DNA of 50,043 nt, from positions 1-50,043 of the IMG/VR virus record IMGVR_UViG_3300047508_000210. One strand, 5' to 3'. Source of the stretch: a virus. Lineage: Duplodnaviria > Caudoviricetes. Shown here one piece after another: positions 1-9,585 of the stretch (position 1 is its first letter; the number at the start of each line of letters is the position of its first letter). The translations under genes were made by a program, and so were the position numbers. Under the pieces are notes generated by a model. That model had not been told where the DNA came from. It saw only the letters and a program-made list of their open reading frames with translations, and made no database searches.

Positions 1-127
1 CCTTGCTATTCCCTTGCGATTAAGCGATTATTCAAAATCTATGGTACTCTCACGGTGGGATGTACTCACTCCCCCTCCCATACCCCTATACCTATATATT
101 TATTTTTTTTTTTTTTTTTTTTTATTT
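1..127. repeat. Terminal direct repeat, copy 1 (identical to 49917-50043); probable circular-assembly overlap
   Basis: First 127 nt match the last 127 nt; 127 is a common assembler k-mer size. Confidence 0.9.
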
Positions 128-202
128 CATTTAGACACGTGTACAGGGGGAGTAGGTACACTAGCAGGGGATAGGCATGAAGGTTTTTGTTAATCGCTTA
201 AT

Positions 203-246
203 CGCAAGGATATCGTGAGGATATCTCTTGGATATCGCAAGGATAT
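203..246. repeat. 4 x 11-bp tandem iteron-like repeats, inverted relative to 49891-49934
   Basis: cgcaaggatat/cgtgaggatat/ctcttggatat/cgcaaggatat. Confidence 0.85.
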
Positions 247-362
247 GGCACGAATGGCTAGCGAAGAATTAGATGCGCGTTATCTAAATTTAATGCGAGA
301 CAAATGCAATCGACTGGCCTAGTGTCGTCATCGTGGTAATCACGCCACCAAGGACCAAACCC

Positions 363-707
363 ATGACCATCAACTTTAAATCCGCTGAAACCCAAGCTAA
401 CGCCATCCTACGCGCCGACCGCGCCAAGCTTACATGGGCGAAGATGCCATTCGCCGACATGCCAAAGGACATCCAATCCCTTGCCATCACAGCCGTCGAG
501 GCCGAGCTAGTCGCCCGCAGCGCCAAGGCTGCTCTCCAATCTGCCCTTGACGATAAGGTCGTCGCCCCTACTGGCAAGCGTCTGATCGTCACCCTTGGTC
601 GTGATGTCTCCGTCAACACCGATAGCGTCCTAGTCGCATGGGCTAACGCCTCTGCCCCATCCACGCGCACCATGACCTTCGACCAGTTCCTCAAATCCAA
701 CGCCTAG
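363..707 (+). CDS. Hypothetical protein (~114 aa)
   Basis: ATG 363 preceded by AAGGA; C-rich codon style like neighbouring phage genes. Confidence 0.7.
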   Translation: MTINFKSAETQANAILRADRAKLTWAKMPFADMPKDIQSLAITAVEAELVARSAKAALQSALDDKVVAPTGKRLIVTLGRDVSVNTDSVLVAWANASAPSTRTMTFDQFLKSNA

Positions 708-935
708 CCGGCCCGCTCCGCCACCGCCCCTGGGATGGCCGATCGCCACCCCGGGGGCCAAAATTTTGCCTTCTCGCGCGCGGCAGAGGGTATGGGGGCA
801 AAAATTGAGATTTTAAGATTGGTGTATGGGTCTACCAGCAAAAATTATAAATTTGAGAATGGTGTATTAGGGAACATATTGAGCTGTGAAATAGTTCTTG
901 ACTTTTAACCCGAAGGGTAGGAAGGTTGGGGGACA

Positions 936-1322
936 ATGGGCGAAGTGGCGAAGGCGGTGAATGGTTCGGCCTTGCTTGGTGCAGGGGTTTATCTCCTATA
1001 CCTTGCGGGCGAGGTTGTCTACGTCGGCAAATCCAAATGCCTGCTCAATCGAATCTACGCCCATCACTACCGGCAACGTTACCGCGATCGCCCGCATGTC
1101 ACCGATCCCGCCGAGGGAATTGAGTTCGATGGCCTCGAGTTCGTCGCCTGCCGCCCGTCCCGCCTCGACGAACTCGAGACCGCCCTCATCAAACTCTATT
1201 CCCCCCGCCACAACATCCAACATAACCAAATCACCATCGCCGAAATCGTGAACGACATCCTAACCACCCTTCCCCAACCACCGCCACAACCGCGGATGTT
1301 CAAATGTCGCCCGCTAGCCTAG
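936..1322 (+). CDS. GIY-YIG nuclease-family protein
   Basis: GVYLL...VVYVGKS, R..H, ETALI and P.HN motifs. Confidence 0.85.
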   Translation: MGEVAKAVNGSALLGAGVYLLYLAGEVVYVGKSKCLLNRIYAHHYRQRYRDRPHVTDPAEGIEFDGLEFVACRPSRLDELETALIKLYSPRHNIQHNQITIAEIVNDILTTLPQPPPQPRMFKCRPLA

Positions 1323-1843
1323 CCCATCGCAAGCCCGGCACCGCTACCATTCTCTCAGTCCGCCCGTTGACCGAGGCGGATTTGTCACATCTACGGGAGC
1401 GCGCTGTCCAGCAACCCATCCAGAAAATGCGTGATAGCCATCATCGCGTCGCCCGACTCATGGCCTCGGGTGTTTACAAAGACTATGAAGTCGCCCGCAT
1501 GTGCGGCTATTCCCTCGCCATGATCGGCCTCCTTCGCCACGACCCAGCCTTCAACGAAACCCTCGCCCACTATCGCGCGCTAGAATTCAACGAAGCCTCC
1601 GACTTCATCGCCCGTGAGCGAGAGGTCATGGAAGACCACGCAGTCAAAGCCAATCGCCGAATCACCGACATCCTCGACGACGAGGACACACCAATCCCCC
1701 TCGAGAAGCTCATCGCCCTCCGCGCTGATGCCCACGACCGCGTTGGCCTAACCAAAAAGCAAACCAACCTAAACCTCAACGTCGACTTCGCCGCCAAGCT
1801 CGAAGCCGCCATTGCCCGTACCAAGAAGGTTGCCGCAGAATGA
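1304..1843 (+). CDS. HTH protein, probable terminase small subunit
   Basis: HTH-like segment (HHRVARLMASG...EVARMCGYS), helical C-terminus, position upstream of TerL. Confidence 0.6.
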   Translation: MSPASLAHRKPGTATILSVRPLTEADLSHLRERAVQQPIQKMRDSHHRVARLMASGVYKDYEVARMCGYSLAMIGLLRHDPAFNETLAHYRALEFNEASDFIAREREVMEDHAVKANRRITDILDDEDTPIPLEKLIALRADAHDRVGLTKKQTNLNLNVDFAAKLEAAIARTKKVAAE

Positions 1844-2205
1844 AACGCCTCGCCCTAGTCGTTGCCCTATCGCTAGGGCTTGCCGTTCCAGGCTTATGCC
1901 AAATCGCCCCGAACACTTGGATCGCGGCGGCATACAACTTCACCAACATCACCACCGACGCAACGACCACGGTCGTCTCCGGGCCCAGCGTCCTCGGCGC
2001 GATCTGTATCAATACCACCGCGTCAACCGAAACCATCACCATCTACAACAACACCGCTGCCTCCGGGACCAAAGTCGGCACCATCACTCTCGGCACTTCC
2101 TCCGGCGGTTGCTATTCCTACAACGCCTACCTCGCTACCGGCCTCACCATCGTCACAGCCGTCGCAGCTGGTGACATTACCGTAATCTGGCATCCCGTTC
2201 CGTGA
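1840..2205 (+). CDS. Small beta-rich protein with Sec signal peptide (putative virion decoration)
   Basis: MKRLALVVALSLGLAVPGLC|Q; Thr/Gly-rich; 2 mature Cys; ATGA-coupled. Confidence 0.7.
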   Translation: MKRLALVVALSLGLAVPGLCQIAPNTWIAAAYNFTNITTDATTTVVSGPSVLGAICINTTASTETITIYNNTAASGTKVGTITLGTSSGGCYSYNAYLATGLTIVTAVAAGDITVIWHPVP

Positions 2206-3092
2206 TACGTTACCTCTTCATATTCCTCTTCCTCCTCGGTGTCACCCCGGCCCCGGCCCAAATGCTATTGCTCGGCTCCAGCAGCCCTGTCTCCAGTGGA
2301 GGCGGCGCCCCAGCCGGATGTACCGCTGCCACCAATTATCTCGCCCGCACAACCGGTGGTAACGAAGGCGGCAACGCAACCAACATCACCACCCTAATCT
2401 GTGGCCTCGTCACCGACGGCGTCATTACTGGCGATCTCTCTGGGGCGACTGGTTGCGGCGCATTCTTCGACGGGCTCTATATCACCGCGCAGCAAAACGC
2501 AACCGACGCCAAACTAAACCTATGCGGGACGAGCTACGGGTTGGGAACAACAACCGCGACGTTCACATCCTATCAAGGTTACTCAGCCTTTCCATCCCCG
2601 CCAATAGACACAGGGTTCAACCCATCCACAGCTAGCGGTCATTTTAACCCCGGCTCGGGGGGTGGGTTTGTTGGCAGCATGTCTGTTTGGGCATACGATG
2701 CGCCAAATAATATACAGGTGGGAACGTCTTCATCTGGCACCAGTTTTACCTATCTTCTTGCTAATTTATCCTCCGTGTTTTATTGTGATATTAACAATTC
2801 CGCCGCTGATAATTCCGTCGCGTCCCCAACGACGAACGGGTTTTATAGCTGCGACCGAACAGGGCAAACCAACACCAATTTATATTTTAACGGCTCTAGC
2901 TTAGGCACAGGTAACGCTGCGGCATCTAACGCCGTAGACAACATTGATCTATTCATCGGAGGTCGTCAAACGGATTTAAGTACCACCAAAACCCTTAGTG
3001 AGGCGAGCTTCGGCGGTCCACTTGGCGCAACCCTTCAAACTGCTCTCTACACCCGCCTCCGCGCCTACATGACCGCGGTAGGTGTGCCATGA
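2202..3092 (+). CDS. Signal-peptide protein with probable ConA/LamG-like lectin domain
   Basis: MIRYLFIFLFLLGVTPAPA|Q; LYFNG..LG and LFIGG strands; 6 Cys. Confidence 0.65.
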   Translation: MIRYLFIFLFLLGVTPAPAQMLLLGSSSPVSSGGGAPAGCTAATNYLARTTGGNEGGNATNITTLICGLVTDGVITGDLSGATGCGAFFDGLYITAQQNATDAKLNLCGTSYGLGTTTATFTSYQGYSAFPSPPIDTGFNPSTASGHFNPGSGGGFVGSMSVWAYDAPNNIQVGTSSSGTSFTYLLANLSSVFYCDINNSAADNSVASPTTNGFYSCDRTGQTNTNLYFNGSSLGTGNAAASNAVDNIDLFIGGRQTDLSTTKTLSEASFGGPLGATLQTALYTRLRAYMTAVGVP

Positions 3093-3191
3093 ATCCAGCA
3101 GCGGTCTCCCCCGCGCTGGTGAGACCCCCGGCCTCGTCGACGTTATTGGGCTTCGTCGACTTGATGGCCGGGGGTCGACCGGACCGCCACC

Positions 3192-4700
3192 ATGGATGAG
3201 AAAGTCATCGCATGGCTCGCCGAAGTCCGCGACGATCCCCTCGCCTTCACCCTTGGCGCCTACCCATGGGGCGTGCCCGGCACGGTCCTCGAAAACTACC
3301 ACGGCCCCGATGACTGGTCCCGCGAACTCATGGAGCGCATCCGTACCGGCCTCCTCACTCCCAATGCCGCAATCCAAGAAGCCACCGCTTCCGGCCACGG
3401 TATCGGCAAATCCGCCACCGTCTCATGGCTCATCATGTGGGCCTTTTGCACTTTCCCCGATTGCCGCGGTACCATCACCGCCAACACCGAAGTCCAGCTT
3501 AAAACCAAAACCTGGTCTGAACTCGGCAAATGGTTCAACCTCTGCTGGTTCGCCCAAGACTCCTTCAACCTCGAAGCAACGGCGTTATTCAGCCGCGACC
3601 CCAACCGCAAATTCACATGGCGCATCGACATGGTGCCATGGTCCAAAAACCACCCCGCCGCGTTCGCCGGACTTCACAACCAAGGCAAACGCATAATCCT
3701 CCTCTTCGACGAGGCGTCAGAAATCGATGACATCATCTGGGAGACTGCCGAAGGGGCGCTCACTGACACAGACACGCAAATCCTATGGCTCGTCTTCGGC
3801 AATCCCACCCGAAACGTGGGCCGATTTCGTGAGTGCTTTGAAGGCGGAAGCCATGCGGAGTCGTGGCATTCCCGACAGATCGATTCACGTACCGTCAAGA
3901 TCACCAACAAATCCCGATTCGAACGATGGATAAAAACCTATGGCGCTGACTCTGACTTCGTTAGAGTTCGTGTTCTTGGACAGTTCCCTCGGCGCGGACT
4001 CCAAGAGTTTTTCTCTGCGAGCGACATCAGCGAAGCGATGTCCCGTGAACTCCCTTACACAGACCGATCTACACCGCTTGCTATTGGAGTTGACGTTGCC
4101 CGTTACGGTGGAAACAACTCCGTCATTTTCCCCCGCAAAGGCCGAGACGCCCGATCAATAGAACGGCAATCCTTCAATGGCCTCTCAACCACCGAACTCA
4201 CCAACAAGATTTTCGAGGCTTGGCAGCGTTGGCGTCCTGATGGTATTTTTATTGATGGCGGCGGTGTTGGTGGCGGCGTCGTTGATCAGTGTCGTAATAT
4301 ACGGCTGGCCGTTCACGAGGTTCAGTTCGGCGGAAAGGATGACATCACCGGCGTCAACGTCGACACTTCCGGCGAGCGCTACGCTAACAAACGAGCGGCC
4401 ATGTATGGGGCCGTTAGGGCTTGGCTCAAGTCCGGGGCCTTGCCCAACGATCCAGAATTAAAACAGGCGATGCTTGCAATCCGCTACACCATCCAAGAAA
4501 AAACCGGGGCGATTCTCCTCATCGCCAAAGAGGATTTGATGGAGGACAATCCAAACCTTGTCCTCGACGATCTTGATGCCCTAGCCTGTACCTTCGGCGG
4601 TCCACTAGTCGCCAGCGCCATCGCCGGTGGCGAGTTCCCCCACCGCGATCTCGTCGAATCCGAATACGATCCCTACGATGCCCAAAGGATAGCGGCATGA
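3192..4700 (+). CDS. terL: Terminase large subunit
   Basis: Walker A SGHGIGKS, Walker B LLFDEAS, GNPT coupling motif, GVDVA nuclease Asp. Confidence 0.95.
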   Translation: MDEKVIAWLAEVRDDPLAFTLGAYPWGVPGTVLENYHGPDDWSRELMERIRTGLLTPNAAIQEATASGHGIGKSATVSWLIMWAFCTFPDCRGTITANTEVQLKTKTWSELGKWFNLCWFAQDSFNLEATALFSRDPNRKFTWRIDMVPWSKNHPAAFAGLHNQGKRIILLFDEASEIDDIIWETAEGALTDTDTQILWLVFGNPTRNVGRFRECFEGGSHAESWHSRQIDSRTVKITNKSRFERWIKTYGADSDFVRVRVLGQFPRRGLQEFFSASDISEAMSRELPYTDRSTPLAIGVDVARYGGNNSVIFPRKGRDARSIERQSFNGLSTTELTNKIFEAWQRWRPDGIFIDGGGVGGGVVDQCRNIRLAVHEVQFGGKDDITGVNVDTSGERYANKRAAMYGAVRAWLKSGALPNDPELKQAMLAIRYTIQEKTGAILLIAKEDLMEDNPNLVLDDLDALACTFGGPLVASAIAGGEFPHRDLVESEYDPYDAQRIAA

Positions 4701-4981
4701 AACTCCCCTTTTTCTACAACGTCATCCTCTGTGACCCCGTCTCCGCGGCCATCGGTCTAGGCGCTGCCCTCGTCGGTACGGCTGGCACCCTTCTCGCCCC
4801 AAAGCCCAAAACCCCTGCTCCACCCAACGTCCCTGCTCCCCCACCCCCAATCCAACAACCCCAAGGCACTCCCGCTACCGCCGGTGGTACCCAACAAGCC
4901 CCATCCTTCCTCGCCGCTGCCGCTGCCCCTGCCCAAGCCAATACCATCGGCGGTGCTGGCAAAACCCTCCTCGGCCAATAG
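4697..4981 (+). CDS. Small Pro-rich pre-portal virion protein
   Basis: CDPVS N-terminal motif, Pro-rich linker, KTLLG C-terminus typical of pre-portal genes in this phage type. Confidence 0.65.
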   Translation: MKLPFFYNVILCDPVSAAIGLGAALVGTAGTLLAPKPKTPAPPNVPAPPPPIQQPQGTPATAGGTQQAPSFLAAAAAPAQANTIGGAGKTLLGQ

Positions 4982-4984
4982 CCC

Positions 4985-5155
4985 ATGGCCCTCGTTGTTC
5001 CCATTCGCAAGGATGTCCCCGCCGCCCCTCAAGGCCCAATGTCCACGACCCAACCGCCCGATCCCAACTTCCTCCTCATGGCCGCTGCCCTAATGCATCG
5101 CGACGGCCGACTGATTAAGAAAGACTCCGTTGGCAAAGACCAACAACCCCAGTAA
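4985..5155 (+). CDS. Hypothetical protein (56 aa; below ORF-track cutoff)
   Basis: Manual translation MALVVPIRK...KDQQPQ*; fills the gap before the portal. Confidence 0.55.
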   Translation: MALVVPIRKDVPAAPQGPMSTTQPPDPNFLLMAAALMHRDGRLIKKDSVGKDQQPQ

Positions 5156-6899
5156 AGCCAGAGCGGTTGGGCCCATTCGCCCAATCACCGAGGCTGATTA
5201 TTCCTACCATCGCTATTGCGAGGGGCGACTTATCGCGCTCCGCGTCAACCGTTATTCATGGTGGGTCCACTGGCGCGAACTCGCGGACTACACCCTCCCA
5301 CGGAGGTACAAATGGCTGATCACCCCAAACCAGATGGCACGCGGAGCCCCGATCAACCAGCACATCCTCGACTCAACTGGAACGATCTGCGCACGCAACC
5401 TCGCTTCGGGCCTTGTCAGTGGGAAATCATCGCCAACCCAGCAGTGGTTTCGGCTGAAAATTGGGAAGTTAGATTCTACTCAGACTTCGCCCGTGAGTTT
5501 ATGGCTCGCTGAGTGTGAACGCCTGCTCTATCTCATCTTCGCCGAGTCCAACTTCTACACCGCCATCGGGGTTTTCTACTTCGACCTCGTTGTCTTCGGC
5601 ACCGCGGTCACCCTCGAATACCCCGACTTCAAAACCGTCGTCAACTTCATCAACCCATGCCTTGGCGAATACTACGTCGACATCGACGGCAACTACCGCC
5701 CCTGCGTGTTCTATCGCGAATTCACCATGACCGTCGACGCCTGCGTCTCGGAGTTCGGCCTTGAAAACTGCAGCGCCCCGATCCAAGAACTCTACCTCGA
5801 CCCAAGTGGAGCCAACCGCACTCGCGAACTTATTGTCGCCCATTCCATTGAGCCCAACGACGATGGCAATGCTCGAGCTTTTAACTATGATGCCAGCTGG
5901 GCTTACCGAGAAGCTTATTGGGAATGGGGCGGAAGCACTTCGCCTCAGGGAGGCGCTACGGCTCCTCCTGGATTCCTACGCAAGCGCGGCTACAACGAAA
6001 ACCCGGCTATCATAGGGAGATGGGACATTGTCTCGAACGACCCGTACGGTCGATCGCCTGGTATGGATGCGCTACCAGACATTAAGCAAATCCAACTGGA
6101 ACAACGCCGCAAGGCGCAAGCTATTGATAAGATGGTCAACCCGCCGCTGGTGGCCGATGTGCAACTTAAAAACCAGCCAGCGAACCTTACACCGGGTGGC
6201 ATTACGTACGTCGCAGGGTTTACTTCTGGAGGTAAACCAGGTTTTGCATCCGTTTATGAAACCAAATTCCCCGTGCAGGAAATCACCCAAGATTTGATGG
6301 AGGTGAAGCAACGTGTCAGTCAGGTCTTCTTTAATGATGTCCTCAAGGTTGCCAGTCAGTACGAAACCCGGTCTAACGTTACAGCTGTCGAGTGGGACCT
6401 ACGTAAGTCAGAAGCCTTGGTCATGTTGGGGCCTGTTCTTGAGCGCATCGATACCGAGGTTCTCAAACCCATCGTTGAACGGACTTTCAACATTGCTAAC
6501 CGAGCCGGTGTCCTACCGCCTCCCCCACCCGAGGTCCAAGGACAAATGCTTAACATCGAGTTCATTTCTATGTTATCCCAGGCTCAACAAGCCACTCAGT
6601 CCGGTTCTATTGAACGAATGTTTACGATAGGCGCCCAACTCGCGGGCATCGACCCCTCCGCCATGGACAACATCGACGTTGACTATGGCCTAGATAAGAT
6701 GTCCTCCCTCCTCGGCAATGACCCCAAGATGATCCGCTCGCCCGAAGCCCTTGCCGCCATCCGCAAACAACGCGCCGACCAAATGGCACAAGCCCAGCAG
6801 GCCGACATCGCCAACAAACTTTCCGCCGGGGCAAAGAACCTCTCCACCGCCCCACAACCCGGCTCTCCCCTCGAGTCCATGATGGGAGGTAGCCAGTAA
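5130..6899 (+). CDS. Portal (head-to-tail connector), BPP-1/T7-type
   Basis: WRELADY.LP, YGRSPGM.ALPD, TA.E, LGPVLER motifs; start uncertain. Confidence 0.95.
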   Translation: MAKTNNPSKARAVGPIRPITEADYSYHRYCEGRLIALRVNRYSWWVHWRELADYTLPRRYKWLITPNQMARGAPINQHILDSTGTICARNLASGLVSGKSSPTQQWFRLKIGKLDSTQTSPVSLWLAECERLLYLIFAESNFYTAIGVFYFDLVVFGTAVTLEYPDFKTVVNFINPCLGEYYVDIDGNYRPCVFYREFTMTVDACVSEFGLENCSAPIQELYLDPSGANRTRELIVAHSIEPNDDGNARAFNYDASWAYREAYWEWGGSTSPQGGATAPPGFLRKRGYNENPAIIGRWDIVSNDPYGRSPGMDALPDIKQIQLEQRRKAQAIDKMVNPPLVADVQLKNQPANLTPGGITYVAGFTSGGKPGFASVYETKFPVQEITQDLMEVKQRVSQVFFNDVLKVASQYETRSNVTAVEWDLRKSEALVMLGPVLERIDTEVLKPIVERTFNIANRAGVLPPPPPEVQGQMLNIEFISMLSQAQQATQSGSIERMFTIGAQLAGIDPSAMDNIDVDYGLDKMSSLLGNDPKMIRSPEALAAIRKQRADQMAQAQQADIANKLSAGAKNLSTAPQPGSPLESMMGGSQ

Positions 6900-7312
6900 T
6901 GTACAATGCCTCCGATCGCAAGCAAATCCGCGCGGCCGAGAAAGCGGCCCAACGCAGCGACCTATCCAAAATCGAATTCCTCAAGTCCATGCTCGCATCC
7001 CCAGGCGGTCGCCTGTGGTTCTACGATCTCCTCGAATCTTGCCACCTCTTCTCCGACATCCCCACCTTCGAGCCCTACAAAGACGCCTATCGCCAAGGAG
7101 AACGCAACGTCGGGTTGCGTATCTTCTCCGACATAATCACCAACTGCCCCGACCAGTACATCTCCATGATGAAGGACGCCAATGCCCGAAGATCAGAACT
7201 CGACGCAGCCATCTCCCCCGACCGAGAGCCCGCAGCCGAATACGACCGAAGCCCGGACCCCAGATGGGACGCTCAAGGACCAGAGTTCCCTCCAACCAGC
7301 GGTAACGAATGA
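6899..7312 (+). CDS. Bbp19-like phage protein
   Basis: SPGGRLWFYDLLESC...AYRQGERNVGL; position after portal. Confidence 0.8.
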   Translation: MYNASDRKQIRAAEKAAQRSDLSKIEFLKSMLASPGGRLWFYDLLESCHLFSDIPTFEPYKDAYRQGERNVGLRIFSDIITNCPDQYISMMKDANARRSELDAAISPDREPAAEYDRSPDPRWDAQGPEFPPTSGNE

Positions 7313-7850
7313 TGCCACCAAGCCCGATGCCCCCGCCCCGTCCGGCGCCCCGGAAAAATACGAGTTCAAGCCTGCCGAAGGGAAGACCCTCGACCAGTCC
7401 GCCATCGACGCAGCTGTCCCCGTCTTCAAGGAACTTGGGCTCACCCAAGCTCAGGCAGACAAGTTGATGAATGTTTGGAACGGCCGAATTGACGACCTCG
7501 CCAAAGAGAATGTCAAATACGTCGAAACCATGCGGGCTGAATGGCGAGACAAGGTCTCCAAAGACCCCGACATGGCGGGCCGTCTCGACCAAATCAAATC
7601 CGACATCGGTCAGTTCAAAGCCACCCTCGACCCGAAACTCCGTGCCGATTTCGAGGAAGCCATGAACCTTACCGGCGCTGGCGATCACCCTGCCTTCGTC
7701 AAGGCCTTTTGGAAAATGTCCCAATCGGCAATCGAGGGCAAACACGTGTCTGGCAAGGGCCCATCGCTCAACGGCCAGACTCCACCGAACACTGCTGCGC
7801 CATCACTTGCCCAGCAGATGTACCCGCACCTACCATCCGGACGCGCATAA
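7182..7850 (+). CDS. Capsid scaffolding protein
   Basis: APEKYEF, ELGLTQAQA, GAGDHP.FVK, MYP C-terminus; immediately before capsid. Confidence 0.85.
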   Translation: MPEDQNSTQPSPPTESPQPNTTEARTPDGTLKDQSSLQPAVTNDATKPDAPAPSGAPEKYEFKPAEGKTLDQSAIDAAVPVFKELGLTQAQADKLMNVWNGRIDDLAKENVKYVETMRAEWRDKVSKDPDMAGRLDQIKSDIGQFKATLDPKLRADFEEAMNLTGAGDHPAFVKAFWKMSQSAIEGKHVSGKGPSLNGQTPPNTAAPSLAQQMYPHLPSGRA

Positions 7851-7927
7851 ACCAGACCCCGTCGTGGGTTGAACAGCTTCGCTCAGACTGGCAAATGCAC
7901 ATACTCTAACCCTAGGACACAACTCAA

Positions 7928-8971
7928 ATGGCCACCATTGGTTCAGTCGCACTTACCTACGCGGACTGGGCGAAGCGCACCGAAGGGATGGGCAGAATTG
8001 CCAGCATCATCGAGCTGCTTTCCCAGACAAATGAAATCCTCGACGACATGCTTGTGGTCGAGGGAAATCTGGAAACCGGACACAAGACTACGGTCCGAAC
8101 CGGGCTACCCCAAGCCACTTGGCGCTTGCTAAACACCGGTGTTCCGAACGCCAAATCCACCACCGCTCAGATCGTCGACACCTGCGGCAATCTGGAAACC
8201 TACGCGGTTATCGACAAGGACATCGCCGATCTCAACGGCAACACCGCTGAGTTCCGGCTCTCCGAAGTCAAGGCGTTCCTCGAAGGTATGTCCCAGCAGA
8301 TTGCCACAACCCTAATCTACGGCAATCAGCATGTAAACCCCGAGCGCTTCACCGGCCTCGCACCACGCTACTCCACCGTCACCACCGCCAACTCACAGAC
8401 AGCCAACAACGTCCTCAACGGCGGCGGTACTGGTTCAACCAACACCTCCATCTGGGGTGTGGTTTGGGGCAATGACACCCTACACGCAACCTTCCCGAAG
8501 GGCAAGATCACTGGCCTTCAGCATCGGGACATGGGCGAGTGGCCGGTGCTTGATAGCGCGTCCAACACCTACCAAGCTTACCGCGATCACTTCAAGTGGG
8601 AAATCGGTCTGGTCCTCCGCGATTGGCGCTATGTGTTCCGCGTCGCCAACATCGACGTGACGCAGCTAACCGGCGTCTCCGCCGCGAACCTAATCAACCT
8701 GTTGGTTCGTGGGCTCTATCGCCTTCCCACCGCCCCGGCCAACGCCACCGCGATCCAAACCTCCGACACTCCGGAAGTCCGCGCCAACCAAGGCCGTCTG
8801 GTGTTCTACTGCAATCGTATCATCCGCACCTACCTCGATCTGCAGGCCATGAACAAAACCAACGTTCTCCTCCGTCTCGAGGAGTTCAACGGTATGGTCG
8901 TCACCACCTTCCGCGGTGTCCCCATCCGGACGGTTGACGCGATCACCTCCACCGAAGCGCAGGTGACCTAA
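7928..8971 (+). CDS. Major capsid protein (BPP-1/epsilon15-like)
   Basis: IIELLSQTNEIL.D, RTGLP...WR, FTGLAPRY, DWRY..R.ANID, FRGVPIR.VDAI. Confidence 0.95.
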   Translation: MATIGSVALTYADWAKRTEGMGRIASIIELLSQTNEILDDMLVVEGNLETGHKTTVRTGLPQATWRLLNTGVPNAKSTTAQIVDTCGNLETYAVIDKDIADLNGNTAEFRLSEVKAFLEGMSQQIATTLIYGNQHVNPERFTGLAPRYSTVTTANSQTANNVLNGGGTGSTNTSIWGVVWGNDTLHATFPKGKITGLQHRDMGEWPVLDSASNTYQAYRDHFKWEIGLVLRDWRYVFRVANIDVTQLTGVSAANLINLLVRGLYRLPTAPANATAIQTSDTPEVRANQGRLVFYCNRIIRTYLDLQAMNKTNVLLRLEEFNGMVVTTFRGVPIRTVDAITSTEAQVT

Positions 8972-9014
8972 TGGGATCATCGCTGACCTCCCTCATTCAC
9001 AAGGACCCTTCATC

Positions 9015-9572
9015 ATGATCCTCGACGGACTACTCACCTTCACCGGGACTTCCAACGGCGCATCGGGCGGTATCACACTCGGCGCACAGACGGACGCTCC
9101 CACCACCGGCACTCAGATCGCATCCAACATCATCGACCTCGGTGTTACTTCCGGCGTCCCCTCCTCAGCCAACGGCGGTGGGGCTCGAGACATCGGCATC
9201 GGCGACGATCCGGCAATGAAGCTCTCTGCCATCTGCCCCATCGCTTGGGTCGGCGGCACGAGCGTTCAGCTTGAACTTGACGGCGCCCCAGACAATGGCT
9301 CAGGTGCTCCCGGCTCCTACACCGTTATGTGGACGGGGCAGGCAGTCCTGACCGCGGCCCTCGTCGCCGGTGTGCAAATCGCCAACGTCGACGTTCCTCG
9401 CGTCGTCCCAGGACAGGTACTCCCCCGCTTCCTTCGCCTTCGCTTTATCACCGTCGGCACCTACACCACCTCGTCCATCGAGGCGCAGATCGTGCTTGAC
9501 CTTGATCAGCAAATCCAAGGCGCGGCTGGGGTCTATTCCGGCTATCCCGCTGGCACCACGGTCGCAAACTAA
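9015..9572 (+). CDS. Capsid cement protein (Bbp16-like)
   Basis: MILD..L.F, SNIIDLG, RFLRL motifs; directly after capsid. Confidence 0.8.
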   Translation: MILDGLLTFTGTSNGASGGITLGAQTDAPTTGTQIASNIIDLGVTSGVPSSANGGGARDIGIGDDPAMKLSAICPIAWVGGTSVQLELDGAPDNGSGAPGSYTVMWTGQAVLTAALVAGVQIANVDVPRVVPGQVLPRFLRLRFITVGTYTTSSIEAQIVLDLDQQIQGAAGVYSGYPAGTTVAN

Positions 9573-9585
9573 AGGAGCAATCGCT

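Noticed and set aside
898-926. Sigma70 promoter upstream of the GIY-YIG gene
   Set aside because: TTGACT is present but there is no convincing -10 box at 16-18 bp
1840-1902. Lipoprotein signal (PGLC)
   Set aside because: Does not fit the [LVI][ASTVI][GAS]C lipobox; treated as a signal peptidase I site
3184-3195. Kozak-like CCGCCACCATGG at the terL start
   Set aside because: Expected by chance on a C-rich strand; the genome uses Shine-Dalgarno sites and coupled starts
8960-9015. Capsid readthrough or frameshift extension
   Set aside because: No slippery heptamer; a second in-frame stop follows within five codons
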